A DNA stretch of 61,481 nt, the filler included, from Sphacelaria rigidula (Eukaryota), in assembly GCA_964200075.2 (NCBI GenBank). It is 9 parts of 9 records of this genome, joined end to end, with 100 filler letters (N's around TTAATTAATTAA, not from the genome) between each part and the next. Parts side by side here need not be neighbours in the genome. Positions count along the whole stretch, not along the records: positions 1 to 6,743 come from CAXNAA020018300.1; positions 6,844 to 13,586 come from CAXNAA020018301.1; 7 more parts are not named here. The stretch is one strand, 5' to 3'. Numbering within the stretch: position 1 is the first letter of the stretch; every line of letters begins with the position of its first letter. Shown one piece after another: positions 1 through 11,403 of this stretch. The notes beneath the pieces were generated by a model, which was not told where the DNA came from, ran no database searches, and worked only from the letters and a program-made list of their open reading frames with translations. A program made the translations under genes and the position numbers.

Positions 1-405
1 CCCACTGGTCGTTCTGATGTGGTCGATAAATTTCGCCTCGACCTGATTGGACAGGTCGCTCCCAGACTTATACATTATTATTTTACCAACACATGGTGAA
101 CATGGTGTTAGTGAGCTTCAGTCCTAAAAGGGTTAACGGGGGAAGTACGGTCTTGAACGAAAATATAAGCACTAATTGATTTATGGATGGATGAATGAAT
201 GGATTGACATACGTGAACTGATCGGCTACGAATCCAGCATCCGCTCAAAAAAACTCGGGAAAGGGAGCGAGAATGAGTAAAGATGGGGGAAAAACAGAAA
301 AATGAAGAGAAGTGGAAATATTTTTGGCATATATGTCTTATAACTCGAATGAGTAGATTGCTTCGCAGTCGAAGTGTTTCCCGCCCTTTCGATGAGTGTA
401 GATGT

Positions 406-1270
406 GCCGGTCGTCCCGGTGGCTCAGGTGGTAACCTCGAAACCTCCTGACGGTTCGGTTGTGGATTCGAATCTCGGTGAAGTCACACGATCTGGGATTT
501 TTTCTCAGGCCGCTCCTTATAATAGGCAAGCATGAAAATGTGGAAAAGTGCCTTTCTACAGTAGAGCTTTTACATCGTTTAACGCCCCAAAAGGGAGCTA
601 GGCTGAGTTTGACACGTTGGAATGACTTGCTTTACTAGTTGACACGGTTCCAGGACATTTTCCCGTTTTCCGTTGGCCGCAGTTTTCATTTTGGCCAAAC
701 AAGAAGTTTTGTCCGAGAACGGTAGAAAACAATCAAATCTAAAAAAAAATCGCCACTTTCCTCTGGACTCGACTGTTTTTTACCGTTCTTGGATAAACAT
801 TCTTGTTTGACCAAAATGAAACTTGTGACCACCGGAAAACGCGAAGATGTCCTGGAACCGCCTCAACTAGTAGAGCAAGTCACTCCAAGGTGTCAAACTC
901 CGCCTAGATCTCTTTCGGGGCGTAAAACGACGTAAAAGCTCCAAAAAAGGCACGTTTTTCCAGATTTTTACTCTTGTCTGTTATAAGGAGCGGCCTCATA
1001 CCATACCCAACAGTAGAGAGGGACTATGTCGTGGGTGGACAAATTTCGACTTCATGGTCGACGAGGGAAAGGTACCGCTGAACCCTTGTCGCGATAAGAA
1101 GTAAGGCAGTCACCGCAGAAGGAAGGTTAAGTGCTAGAGCAAGAAAAAAAGTCCTGTGATGACCTTCCTCCTGTGTGACCCCGGCTGATGCGTACACATA
1201 CACCGAACGGTGTAGACTGGCGTGCAGAATAGATGTAGTGACAAGACGAACACACACACATACACACACA
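406..1270 (+). mobile_element. tRNA-derived SINE family A (CA-repeat tail), interrupted by a MITE at 508-995
   Basis: Head has A-box TGGCTCAGGTGG and B-box-like GGATTCGAATC. Body is homologous to 32126-32490, 33268-33650, 56781-56990 and 30033-30128. Ends in (CA)n. Confidence 0.8.
508..995. mobile_element. PIF/Harbinger (Tourist-like) MITE, almost fully palindromic
   Basis: Terminal GGCCGCTCCTTATAA...TTATAAGGAGCGGCC. TCA is duplicated at 505-507 and 996-998. Arms are complementary over ~230 bp. Other SINE A copies lack the insert. Confidence 0.88.
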
Positions 1271-1369
1271 TGTACTTGATGCAACCGTGCCTCAAAGAAC
1301 AAAATGACCGAGCCACCTTGTCTTTTTTGTCGCCACACTTTCAAATCTGCCTCCCCCACCACCACTGTG

Positions 1370-1445
1370 GTGCTCCGTTTTGAAAGGGATGCGTGGTCAA
1401 TGGTCAAATGACTAGGGCAAGCAACAAACGAGTACGCCTCCCCCC
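1370..1445 (+). mobile_element. 5'-truncated LINE 3' end (C-tailed family)
   Basis: GAAAGGGATGCGTGGTCAATGGTCAAATGACT...GAGTACGCC followed by a C-run. Homologous to 2745-2817(-), 25872-25936(-), 26775-26945, 27372-27570 and 32670-32885. Confidence 0.7.
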
Positions 1446-1853
1446 ATCACCACTATGTGGTTGGCGTCGGTTGGCAATGACGCTGTAGAACACGCCTCTC
1501 ACTGCGTAAGCTAGGCAACCAGGTTACCGATTTTTTTGTTGCGCGCTTGCGTTTTGTTGCAGTTTGTGCTGGGCGAGAGAATCTCAACTCCGCGCAAAGG
1601 AGATGATCATACTACGTAGTGAAATCTAGGAACAACCTTATTGAATTCATTAATCAATCATTCTAATCGATCATTCCAATCGATCAAGCCAGCGAGCGAT
1701 CAAATATCGGGGAAGGCACCTCTCAGCTGACGTGTACCAGTCCAAAAACATCGAGGAGCTTTTGTCGAGAGACTGAAGTACCCAAAAACATCAAATCTGG
1801 GAAAAATTCACACCCTGGTGGACAACATATGGTCAATAGATGCCATAGACCTA

Positions 1854-2420
1854 CAGTAGTGGGCCGTCTAACTATTCAGGGGTATTTTGGGGACTTCCCC
1901 TCGTACTGCTTTTCGATAGAACTCGATGCTGCTGGCGTCGGTAGATTTTGGTACAATAAACAGATAGATCATCCTCGCAACACAGTGCCCAAGTCGGTGT
2001 TAGTTGGTGTTATCGGGCGATGCGAGTTAATACCTTGTTTATCAGGAGGATGCCATTGAACGTGAAACACAGTTTTTTGGCTCTAATGCAATGAGTAGGT
2101 GGAATGAAGAAAAAAAATGTACATTTCTTCACAAATATGATCGGGACGGGCTTGATCGACCGAAAATATCGAAGAGTAAGAATCTTGGCTGAAACGTGGC
2201 AGGACCTCCGATGACCGGTCAGCCCGCAAGTCACTCAATAGTGACCACAGATTACTTTTTTTTCTTGGAATGTGGAGCGGATACAAATATCTTCAGATCC
2301 TCCATGTGATACGCGGTGGCAAGCGAAAAGAGTCCAAGAAAATCGCAAATTACGAATAATCACAAAATGCCACAAAATGAACATAGTTAGACCGCCCACT
2401 TGTTAGACCGCCCACTACTG
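1854..2420. mobile_element. Tc1/pogo-type MITE
   Basis: TIR CAGTAGTGGGC(C/G)GTCTAAC at both ends, flanked by TA at 1852-1853 and 2421-2422. Confidence 0.8.
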
Positions 2421-3350
2421 TATACTTAATTCGGTACCTTTTTGGTCTATTGCATCTATTTTCCATCGAGTATACTGTCCAGGGTGTGGAATAATTCCAA
2501 TCAATCGCGACGCGGTTGTTTTAATGAAAATGGCCAGATTGTCACCGTTAAGGTTGAAGAGAATGATTCCCGATCCGTTGCGTTTTTTCTTCCAAGTATA
2601 CGATTTCCACCGTCGAAAGAGTATGAGTAAGTGGGCAAACAAAAAGTAGTTGGCTGAGTTTGTTAGACAAGAGTTGACGCGGTGCGGGAGTGTGCTAATG
2701 GTCATGATCCAATCCGCGAGACCAACATGGAAGACGTATACTAGGCGGGCGTACTCATTTGTTGCTTTCCCTTAGTCGTTTCACCGCTCACGACGCATCC
2801 CTTTCGAGACGGAGCAAAGGCGTGTACCGGGGAGAGATAGGTTGATCCCTTGAGACCACGGACTCGTCCCGAGAAAGGGGAAGGGGCTCGAAGTGCGACA
2901 ATTGCAAAAAAAAAGTCGATCGATCATTCTGCATATCAAGTCAGTAACCGATCAAATTTCGGAGGAGGGTTCTATTACCTGATCTGTACCGGTGTTAACC
3001 GCTGGGAACCATCGCCGAGTGACTGTGGTACCCCAAAACATGAAACCTCTAAATACATTCAATCAATCAAGCCAGCAAGCGATTAGATTTTTGAGCAGAC
3101 GTCTTTCAGCCGTCTTGAAAGCTTAATGTATGACCATTATACGGGAATGTACAACGCACTCGTGTTTCTTGGCGTCAGCTGTCACAAAGGCCGTGGAGCA
3201 TTGACCACCACCGACCACGAGTGACGCCGTGAGAATAATGACGGCGGATGTGCAGGGCATACCTACCCGGAGGAACTTTTCGTTACAAGCGTACTTTTTT
3301 GCTCCGTCATACTTCAAACTTTAACTCTTGCATATATATATATATATACA

Positions 3351-3712
3351 TAAGTCTGGGCCGAAATATAAGCAGGATTTGGAAATGCGGCGCAATAACT
3401 TTGAACTTTTCGGTCGATCGTTTTTTTCATCATTTTCCTGGCGTTCTCGCTGGACTGTCAAGGCTGTTACTTTTTCAAAACAACACAGTCCTGCACGCGA
3501 CAACGGCACCCGAAGCAGGGATAGTCAGAGCTCTCGTGCGGCAATCACCGTGAAAACGCCTTCCGGTCTGCTGATGAACATGTCCGTTGCTGGAGGCACT
3601 GCTCAAAAGGTGTCCGAAAAGAATCTCAACGAAAACGAGAGACGCGCGTTGATCGAGGAGCTCCTCAAGGGCAGCAACAATGGCAAATTGGTGAAGAGGG
3701 ACCTGAATAAAT
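3351..3712 (+). mobile_element. 5' fragment of a mariner-like (plant DD39D-type) transposon
   Basis: Reading frame KNLNENERRALIEELLKGSNNGKLVKRDLNK resembles the N-terminus of plant mariner transposases. A candidate left end (AGTCTGGGCCGAAATATAAGCA) follows a TA run; a similar end lies at ~147-171. Confidence 0.55.
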
Positions 3713-4421
3713 CCCGGGGATTTTCCCCGTCATCCCCTGTGCTCCGAGTGTCTATTGAGCAACGAAACTCCTTGGTGTGCCGTGTATGATGTACCACGTA
3801 CCACGGTATGGCGCGCGCTAATGCGTAGGGAGTTTTGGCCAAAAGTGCACTAGTAGGAAGGCACTATGTGATGACGTGATGTCTGCACTTGGAATCCCAG
3901 GGGAATCCAGGGAAAACCGGGGACGCTAGTATGGCGCCCCCGGGTCACCGAGGGGACTTGCCTAACCCTAGCTTTGCCTCACTCGCATATTTTAACACTA
4001 CTACGCTTGTAGAACTGCTCTACAGTCATTCTAGGGCGGTCCATCCATATCAGGCTCATATTCCGGTTTTTCCAAATCCTCAATATATTTCGGCCGAGAC
4101 TGGTATATGTATATTTTAAAAATTATATTTTTTCTCTACTTAGTTAACTCTACTTGTCTATTCTACCTTTTTGTTTTGTTCACTTTCGTTCGGCGCGTGT
4201 TCCCACTTTGTTTTTGCGAGCCTGGCCCGGCAAAACCCCGTCGTTCTCCGTCCCGGCTTTGTAGGGATGTGGAGTTAATGGTGATGAGACTACGGCATAC
4301 AAGATCATAAGTACATCCCCCCGACCCCCCGACCCCCGCGCGCTTCTTGTACACGCTCTTTTTCTTTACGCACGTTTGGAATATTCTCTTCTCTCTATTT
4401 GAAACACACAAACCTGCACAG

Positions 4422-4548
4422 CTGGAGAATGGTCAGCTGGTGTCTGTACCTCCAGTTCTGATTCGGCGATTGAAACAGCACATGGTTTCGCTGGGGGACA
4501 CGGGCGTGGATGTCATCTTGGGTACAAATGGGAACGTCTGGATTTCTC
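4422..4548 (+). CDS. RRP4: Exosome complex component RRP4/EXOSC2, internal exon (KH domain)
   Basis: LENGQLVSVPPVLIRRLKQHMVSLGDTGVDVILGTNGNVWIS matches the RRP4 KH motif (VILGxNGxIW). CAG acceptor at 4419-4421, GTGAGT donor at 4549. Confidence 0.9.
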
Positions 4549-6538
4549 GTGAGTTGTTTTTATTTTTTAGAGAAACGGGAAAAGAGGGAAGGGCTGGATG
4601 GGGGCATGGAGGAGGGCGTGCTGTAATTTTCCTTGTGTGTGTGTGTGTGTGTGTTGCTTTTCCAGTATTTATAGTAGTGGTAATAGTAGTGTTGATTAGT
4701 ATAGGCGTTGGTATCAACATCATTGCGGAGATCACATCCTCGACGCCCCCGGGGTGATTTATTTCCGGCTCCCTAGATAATATCCACGAGGATCATCCCT
4801 CTGAACCAAGAGCTTTACTATACAGTGGCTGTTTAGCGGCCGATAATAGTTTCATTGCTCAACCGTCTGAGTCGCCTCGATCTGCTCACGGAGTCGAGAC
4901 GCATACATGGGGCGGTGATGTGGAGAGCACGTTCGTGCCGTATCTCGGGTTCCGTAATTCTGGCCCCGTAATCAGCATCCACGAGGATCATTTCCCGTGA
5001 CCAGCAGCTGTGCTAGGAGCTGGTTCTGAGGATCGATCATTCTCAATCCTGAGCAACCTGCGTGTGTGCTCCACACTACTGTACCACATCCACGAACCCA
5101 GGCTCTACTTACAACCAAAACGAGCACCGACACAGCGCCCGCAATATTGCACCCAGTCTTCTCCGTGGGAGCATACCGTCTTCAGGCCGCCTCTCATGAT
5201 CCGAAAAAGAAAATGTCGCGGAAAACTGCCTTATTTTAGGGCTATGCATTGATCACTTCGTCAGTAAAACATCTATTGTTGGAGATTCGTATCAATATAC
5301 CAATGCATGTGACTTTTGCGCACGATCTTTTCCACTGAAGCGATGTGGCAGAGGCGGGCCACTTCTATTAATTTTTTTTTGTTCTAGTCTTTCTCTCCCC
5401 TTTTTTTTCTTTGCTCTTATTTTCTGTTCTCAGCCTAGTCTGTCTGTTCTACGTTCTTGTTTCCTTTACTTTTCTTCCACGAGTATTTCCATTTTTTTTT
5501 TTTACCTCGGGTACGTCTATCATATAGACAATGACCACAGCTGGATTCCTAGGAGATCAGTTATGGTGCGACAGTCAATCAATGAACAAATGGGGCGGGA
5601 GGGGGGTTGGGCAGAGTCTGACACCTCGGAATCACTCTGCTCTGCTCTTCGGGACGGGGTACATTTACGTTGTCCGATGGCTGCAGTTTCATTTTCGGCC
5701 AGGCTGTTCGAGCAATTCCTTTCAACAAGCGATCAAAGTTCCGAAAACAATCCTCTCTTGCTTGTTTTTGTTTTGTTCGTTTCGTTTGCATGTTTCCGCG
5801 CGGTTTAGGCCTTCTTATGATTGGCGATTTGCACGTAAAAATTCCCGAATTCGCTCCAGGCTGGATTAGTAAACGGGGTAGTATCCATAGGACAGTACAT
5901 TGTAGTCGCCGAGGATAGTGTAGCTCCTGCTTCCCTGAGGAGGATGACTGTGGTTATAGTTTCTTTGACCGAACTATCCTCCGGAGCTATAGGAGGCATT
6001 TCATCCCTCTTGATACTGAGGCAAGAAGTTGAGCACACTAGAGAGTGTCCCGCACGTACCTCCGACGTGTAGTCTCGGAAGTCTGCAGGATGACACATTT
6101 ATGCCGAGGTTTTCCACGGAGGAAAGCAGGAAATCCACAAATTTGCCCGTTTATCTGTGTCAGGTGAAGGATTCTGACTCCAGTGGTCGTCGTCCGAAAC
6201 GCTCCGAACCAGTGCTAGAAACCACGAGCACAAAAACACCGCATCCTGGATAATGACAAAATATTACATTGTTCAGGGTGTAAACAAACACCCGCGATCA
6301 TTTTTTTTTGTATACTTCGAAGTATACGGCAAGACCGGGTAGAGTTTCTCGGGAGACATCATCCAGAGACATCGTCCCACGCCTCTCCTGTCGTTTTTTT
6401 TTCTAGCACGGATGGATAAATGTATTTCGATCGTTTTCTGCATGGTGGCGAAAAATCGTAATCAATGTCCGGTGCAGTACAGCCAGTCTTCACGAATGAA
6501 CGTAAATCCACAAAACAATCCGCTTTTGCTCACTCCAG

Positions 6539-6651
6539 GAACGCCTCCAGAAGAATGGAAGGGGGCGGAGGAGGGTGATGCGGCGGGTACGGGAAGCGTA
6601 GCGCCTAAAGCGGAGACGCTGATGCGGCAGCGGAAGCTACACGCCGATACG
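6539..6651 (+). CDS. RRP4: RRP4, probable next exon
   Basis: CTCCAG acceptor. The phase-1 junction with the previous exon gives CGA (R), then TPPEEWKG...APKAETLMRQRKLHADT. GTGGGG donor at 6652. Confidence 0.7.
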
Positions 6652-6743
6652 GTGGGGGAAAAGAGCGAAAATTTTGGAACAAGAACAAAAAAACGTTCAT
6701 ATATCTGTGGCATTGTTTCGGTCTTTTTTTTTTTTGTCAATCG

Positions 6744-6843
6744 NNNNNNNNNNNNNNNNNNNNNNNNNNNNNNNNNNNNNNNNNNNNTTAATTAATTAAN
6801 NNNNNNNNNNNNNNNNNNNNNNNNNNNNNNNNNNNNNNNNNNN
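6744..6843. other. Artificial contig linker (44N-TTAATTAATTAA-44N). Identical linkers at 13587-13686, 20430-20529, 27272-27371, 34114-34213, 40956-41055, 47798-47897, 54640-54739
   Basis: Eight identical 100-bp spacers carrying a six-frame stop 12-mer. They delimit segments of 6743,6743,6743,6742x6 bp, consistent with length-sorted contigs. Confidence 0.98.
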
Positions 6844-8149
6844 CTCGAGGAAATTTGTCCCGTTAAACTTACTGAGACTCTCGATGACTTCTGTGACGGA
6901 TGGCTCTCCAGATGAATTCATCCGTTACAATCTGTGTTACTTCTATTCACACCTCAATTTTTCTTCACCTCTTCTTCGTCTTCGCGACGAAACTATTCTA
7001 TCCACACCTCAATGTTTCTCTTGATGTCCTCGCTGATTGGCGGGACCACCACGCTCCTTCCCTGCTGTAGTTTGACGTCCTCGATGGGGCGTCCTGGCTG
7101 CTGGTGCCGAAGACTACGGTACTATACTGTAGTCTCACAATAAAAGCCTGATGACGTTGTGAGGCTCTAACCTGTTGCGCAAGGCTGATCAACCTGTTAC
7201 AGTACCTGTAAACGAGGCGAACGACCTGTTGAAATATAATTGGCTATCGTGGCTTGTGTATAAAATACACAGTGTTCAACTGTCAGTAGACAGGAACAAT
7301 CGGGTCAACTTGTGAACCCAGCTCTAACAAGAGAGCTCGCAGAGGCTGCACAGTGTTGGTAAAACACTTGTTTGTGCGAGAGAGAGGATGCTTAAAATTG
7401 CCGCTTCATCTGGGCGTTTCTTAAATCAAACACATAAAACACTTGGTTCCTTATTAACGCAGAAACCAATAACAAGCTGACAGGCTTGCTTGAGGTGGGT
7501 CGCATTGGAGAGTAAAGCTGATAGGCTTGCTTGAGGTGGGGCTATTTCACTCTGTCAATGAAACTCTTGGACACTATAAAACTGTCCATCCAAACTGTCC
7601 ATACCTTAGACTCTTGGTACTCAACCCTTCACTATTCTGACAATATGCTGACTCTCTGTATACGAGCTATACAGTACATGAGCTATTCATTATTCTACGA
7701 CGAATATCTCACACACTGCACTACTTCGGTTATTCCGACGATCTTTATTCTGACGATGAACCGTTACTGGTTTTCCCGCTAATCCCGACTATGTATATTC
7801 GGAACTATTATTTCTTAAACTTCCAACAAGCACTTCCTTTCCTCCAGAGAGATTAGGGGCATTCGGAGGCCTTTTTTGCCTCTGGGGGGCCGCGCATCCC
7901 TCCGGGGGTATTTGGGGGGACAACCAAATGACCGCGTGTTTCACTGGTTCGAAGGGTTGTATGTGCGCGTGCGGCACAAGTGATCATGGATTCGACTCCT
8001 CGCCAGATAAGCGTTTGGCGGAATATTCGGACCTCGGAATACGCCAGGGAGGTCTTCTTTTTGCGAGGCAAAGCGTTTCTACTTCGTGGCTGGTCCATTG
8101 TGATGATCATGACAGTTATGACTCTCCTTCCACTTTTACCCTAACTATT

Positions 8150-9040
8150 ATACTGTACAGCGATACCTTACAGAGAGTCAGTTGTACAAACAACTTTAGT
8201 ACAGACAATACGGTACGCAGCACTTTCAGACAGCAGACCTCGGCCGCATTGCGATGATTTCTCCACATGCCACCCATCACGGTGGTGGAAGACTTCATGA
8301 TCTCTCACGGGATGGGAATACAGCCAGGTGTAGTACTGCTTGCGCGCTGTATGTAGACTACGAATCGTCCCCACCGTCTTCTTCCAGCTGAGGCTGGCAA
8401 GAGTGAGGAACTGCACCCAAGTCAAGGTGTGCCCGTCAAGCATTGGAATATTCACGCAACACAACCAAGCGAATGCTGATACCATGGCAGCGTGAGGGGG
8501 GTCTTCTGATTGTCATGCCAAGCTTTTCTACTGCGTGAATGGTCCGTTGATGGATGATGAGTGTCCCACTTTGCTCGTTAGGGTGTGTTGACTTTGGATT
8601 GGACGTGACCATGGCGGTAAATGTGGGCGTGGTCCTTCTTCATTCCGCTATGAGCTCTGAAGAAGAATCGCGGTTTTCAGAGTGAAGTGGTGCAAACGGC
8701 CCTTTGACTCTGAAAACAATGCTCTGGAAAAAACTTCATAGCGGAGACTGTGTAATGCGTGAGAGGACCGCGTGCTTAAAGGACCGCATCGGAATTCGAA
8801 CATCCCCATGGTTAGGGTTAGGGTTAGGGTTGGTGTTAGGGTTATGGTCGGGGGCGTGGTACCCGCAGGGACTGGTCTGATTGGTTTTGAAAAACATCAA
8901 TCCTGACGTGGTTTGAACTACGGCGCGGTCCTCTAAGCACGCGGTCCTCTCACGCATTACAGACTTCACCGTTCGTTACCGGCTATTTTTTCTTCCACTC
9001 TGACTCTGAGGTTTGAAAAAACAATTTCCGAAACTCTCTC
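8150..9040. repeat. Dispersed repeat of unknown class; second copy at ~24370-25020
   Basis: Colinear nucleotide similarity between contigs 2 and 4. Only this copy carries the MITE at 8751-8961. Confidence 0.8.
8751..8961. mobile_element. TGT...ACA MITE with internal TTAGGG repeats, copy 1
   Basis: 28-bp perfect TIR TGTAATGCGTGAGAGGACCGCGTGCTTA. Flanks GACTG/GACTT. Confidence 0.85.
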
Positions 9041-9655
9041 ATGTGCTGTCTTGATTATTACTATCCACATGCAGCAAATTGGGTGAAGAGAGAGGAAGAT
9101 TTGTCAGGGAGTACGGCGTAGAGCACTACCCTGTCACGATAGCCTACGACCCAAGCTACAGCGTCGCAACATGCAAGATCCAATATACATTTACACTTCC
9201 CAAAATATAGGAATTCGGAACAGTTTGCCTTTCTACAGTCACGCAGAACGTTGTCAATAACCTTGCCAGAACAATAGAATACCCCGCAATCTCCCCGCTC
9301 ATGCTTCCGGCTACTGTCCCTAGATCAACTATTTTGAACAAAACACCCCTATGGTTAGGGCTGGGGTCAGGGGCGTGGTCCCTGTAGGGACTTGCTCGAT
9401 TGGTTTTGACAAACGTCGATCCTGGGGTGTTTTGAACTGCGATGCGGTCTTCTATTCTATAAGCACCCGGTCGATGCCCTTAACCTGCCACAGGTCCCGT
9501 CACGAATTTCAGACTACAAAATGGGCAGCAAGAGAGCATTGTTGTGCAGAGTAGGGATGGTGCATCTTCATTCATCGCTCAATCACCAACATGTTTCGTC
9601 TCCCTCTTCGACGGTTTTGTCACCTACTGATCTGTCGCTGTACCTTCCGGACTAG

Positions 9656-9818
9656 GTGTAACACTGTCGCTGTGGCGTGCTACACGGCGGGAGGTGCCGT
9701 GTTCGGCACCGTAACTGCTGGCATTGGCATTTTGCCTACTATAATCGGCTGCAATGCAGCCCTAGGGACCTGTATGGCGTCATGCGCTGCTGCCCTCGCC
9801 CTATCCCCCACCCCCTGA
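9656..9818 (+). CDS. Last exon of a small cysteine-rich protein (zygote-specific class V-like family)
   Basis: (G)CNTVAVACYTAGGAVFGTVTAGIGILPTIIGCNAALGTCMASCAAALALSPTP* has the family's Cys spacing and terminal PTP. TAG acceptor at 9653-9655 with a branch-like TACTGAT upstream. The upstream exon was not found in this contig. Confidence 0.85.
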
Positions 9819-10160
9819 GGCATGCCCAGGGTATGTTTACGAGTGACTTCCGCTTTCGGCCAAAAGCAGTACTATTCCACAGTGGAAGGGAAGCACGATC
9901 ATCAACAACAGCTTTCGATATTGTATTGACGGAGGTTCGCCATCTGTTGCGGTGTGGATTCCTATCGATGTAGTTATTGCGAGAGGTGTTGGCGACGTTG
10001 TGGTCGCCATCGAGGGATTTCCGTGCATTCCGGGCCGTGCACATGGATGACGAGATCAGTTGAGCGAGCTTCAGGGCGACAGACGCAATCCAAGAATACT
10101 CTGTATTCATCCCGATTTCCACTTTGCGACGTTTTGTTTCAGGATGCGATTGTCAATCAA

Positions 10161-10340
10161 TGTAATGCGTGAGAGGACCGCGTGCTTGGGGGACCGCATC
10201 GGCGTTTAAACACCCCAATGGTTAGGGTCGGGGTTAGGATCAGGGGCGTGGTCCCTGCAGGGACTGGCCCGATCGGCTTTGTCAAACGTCGTTGATCCTG
10301 AGGTGCTTTGGACTACGGTGCCGTCCTCTCACGTATTACA
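10161..10340. mobile_element. TGT...ACA MITE with TTAGGG-like repeats, copy 2
   Basis: Same TIR and body as 8751-8961. Flanks ATCAA/GTCGA are diverged. Confidence 0.8.
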
Positions 10341-10839
10341 GTCGATGTCACGAGCAGGAACGGCACGGTAGTAGATTCTTGAGCAAAGAGGGCCGATCGA
10401 GTGGTGCGTGTCGGGCGTCCTTGCTGTCGACGTAGTGTGATACATAGTGAAACATTGTGGTACTTTACCGTGGTGATGCAGGCCGGTGTTCCATGCTCAC
10501 GCAGAGGGCGGGAACGGGGGGCGAGCAGCAGGGGTGGTGTTAGCCGTGGTCGGGGATATTGAGCTAGAGCGAGAACAAGTCTGGCGCAAGTAGTTTCTTG
10601 TGTTGGAAGTATCTTTACTCCGGTGTCGAGCGTTCCCGGATTAAAACGATACATGGCCGGTTTCGTAGACGAGGGGTGAGCATCTTCGCTGACAGCAGAT
10701 GCTTACAATATTCAGAACAGTTATTGACGGAAAACTGACGTGTCCCGCCCAGGTTTCCACGCCAATGAGGCAAAGAGCAACGAATGCATTTGCTTCACTG
10801 CAACGTCGTTAGACATGGCCAATACTAGAAGCACGAAGT

Positions 10840-10950
10840 ACCTGTGGTGTAGAGGTCGGAGCGCAGCCTTCCTGGCCACACCAGCGGGGGTTCGATCCCC
10901 ACCCTTGCGTCAATTCGCGTTTGTCGGTTGAAGGGCGACAATCAATCATC
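10840..10950 (+). mobile_element. Short tRNA-derived SINE with (AATC)n tail
   Basis: A-box TGGTGTAGAGG and B-box GGTTCGATCCC, but no acceptor stem. Tail GCGACAATCAATC; similar tails at ~31810-31830 and ~36140-36180. Confidence 0.55.
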
Positions 10951-11209
10951 GAGTGATGCTGCGATAGGGTCTGCCCTTTTGGTGCCAAAACCGGCCTGAT
11001 TCAGGGGTTCCTAAAAATTAGGAACTACAAAAGAATATGGGTCAGGATATCCCCGTTCGCAAATTCATTCGTGACATCCCTAGCAAAGTGGAAGAAAAAC
11101 CCTGGCGTACTCTGACCTATTTCGAAAGTCGTATTTTGGATGAGATGAAGGGTTCCTAACAATTCTACTCTCAGGTCGTAAGAGTGCTGACCCTATCGCA
11201 GCATCACTC
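10951..11209. mobile_element. Sola2-like MITE (GAG termini, 4-bp TSD)
   Basis: 21-bp perfect TIR GAGTGATGCTGCGATAGGGTC. CATC is duplicated at 10947-10950 and 11210-11213. A diverged relative lies at ~28855-29125. Confidence 0.8.
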
Positions 11210-11254
11210 CATCAGTCATCAACAGGGTTGTGTTTCGACATCTAATTACAAAAC

Positions 11255-11403
11255 ATTGCCGTGGTCCAGAACCCTTGCTCTGTGCTGCGTCTGGTCAGAC
11301 GGTCCGTGTCCGCTTCGTTCCCCGTAACAAGAAATTGCCGTGGTCCAGGACCCTTGCTCTGTGCTGTGTCCGGTTTGTCAGTCCGTGCCCGCTTCGTTCC
11401 CCC
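11255..11403 (+). repeat. Two tandem copies of a ~79-bp unit
   Basis: ATTGCCGTGGTCCAG(A/G)ACCCTTGCTCTGTGCTG...CCGCTTCGTTCCCC occurs twice. Confidence 0.85.
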
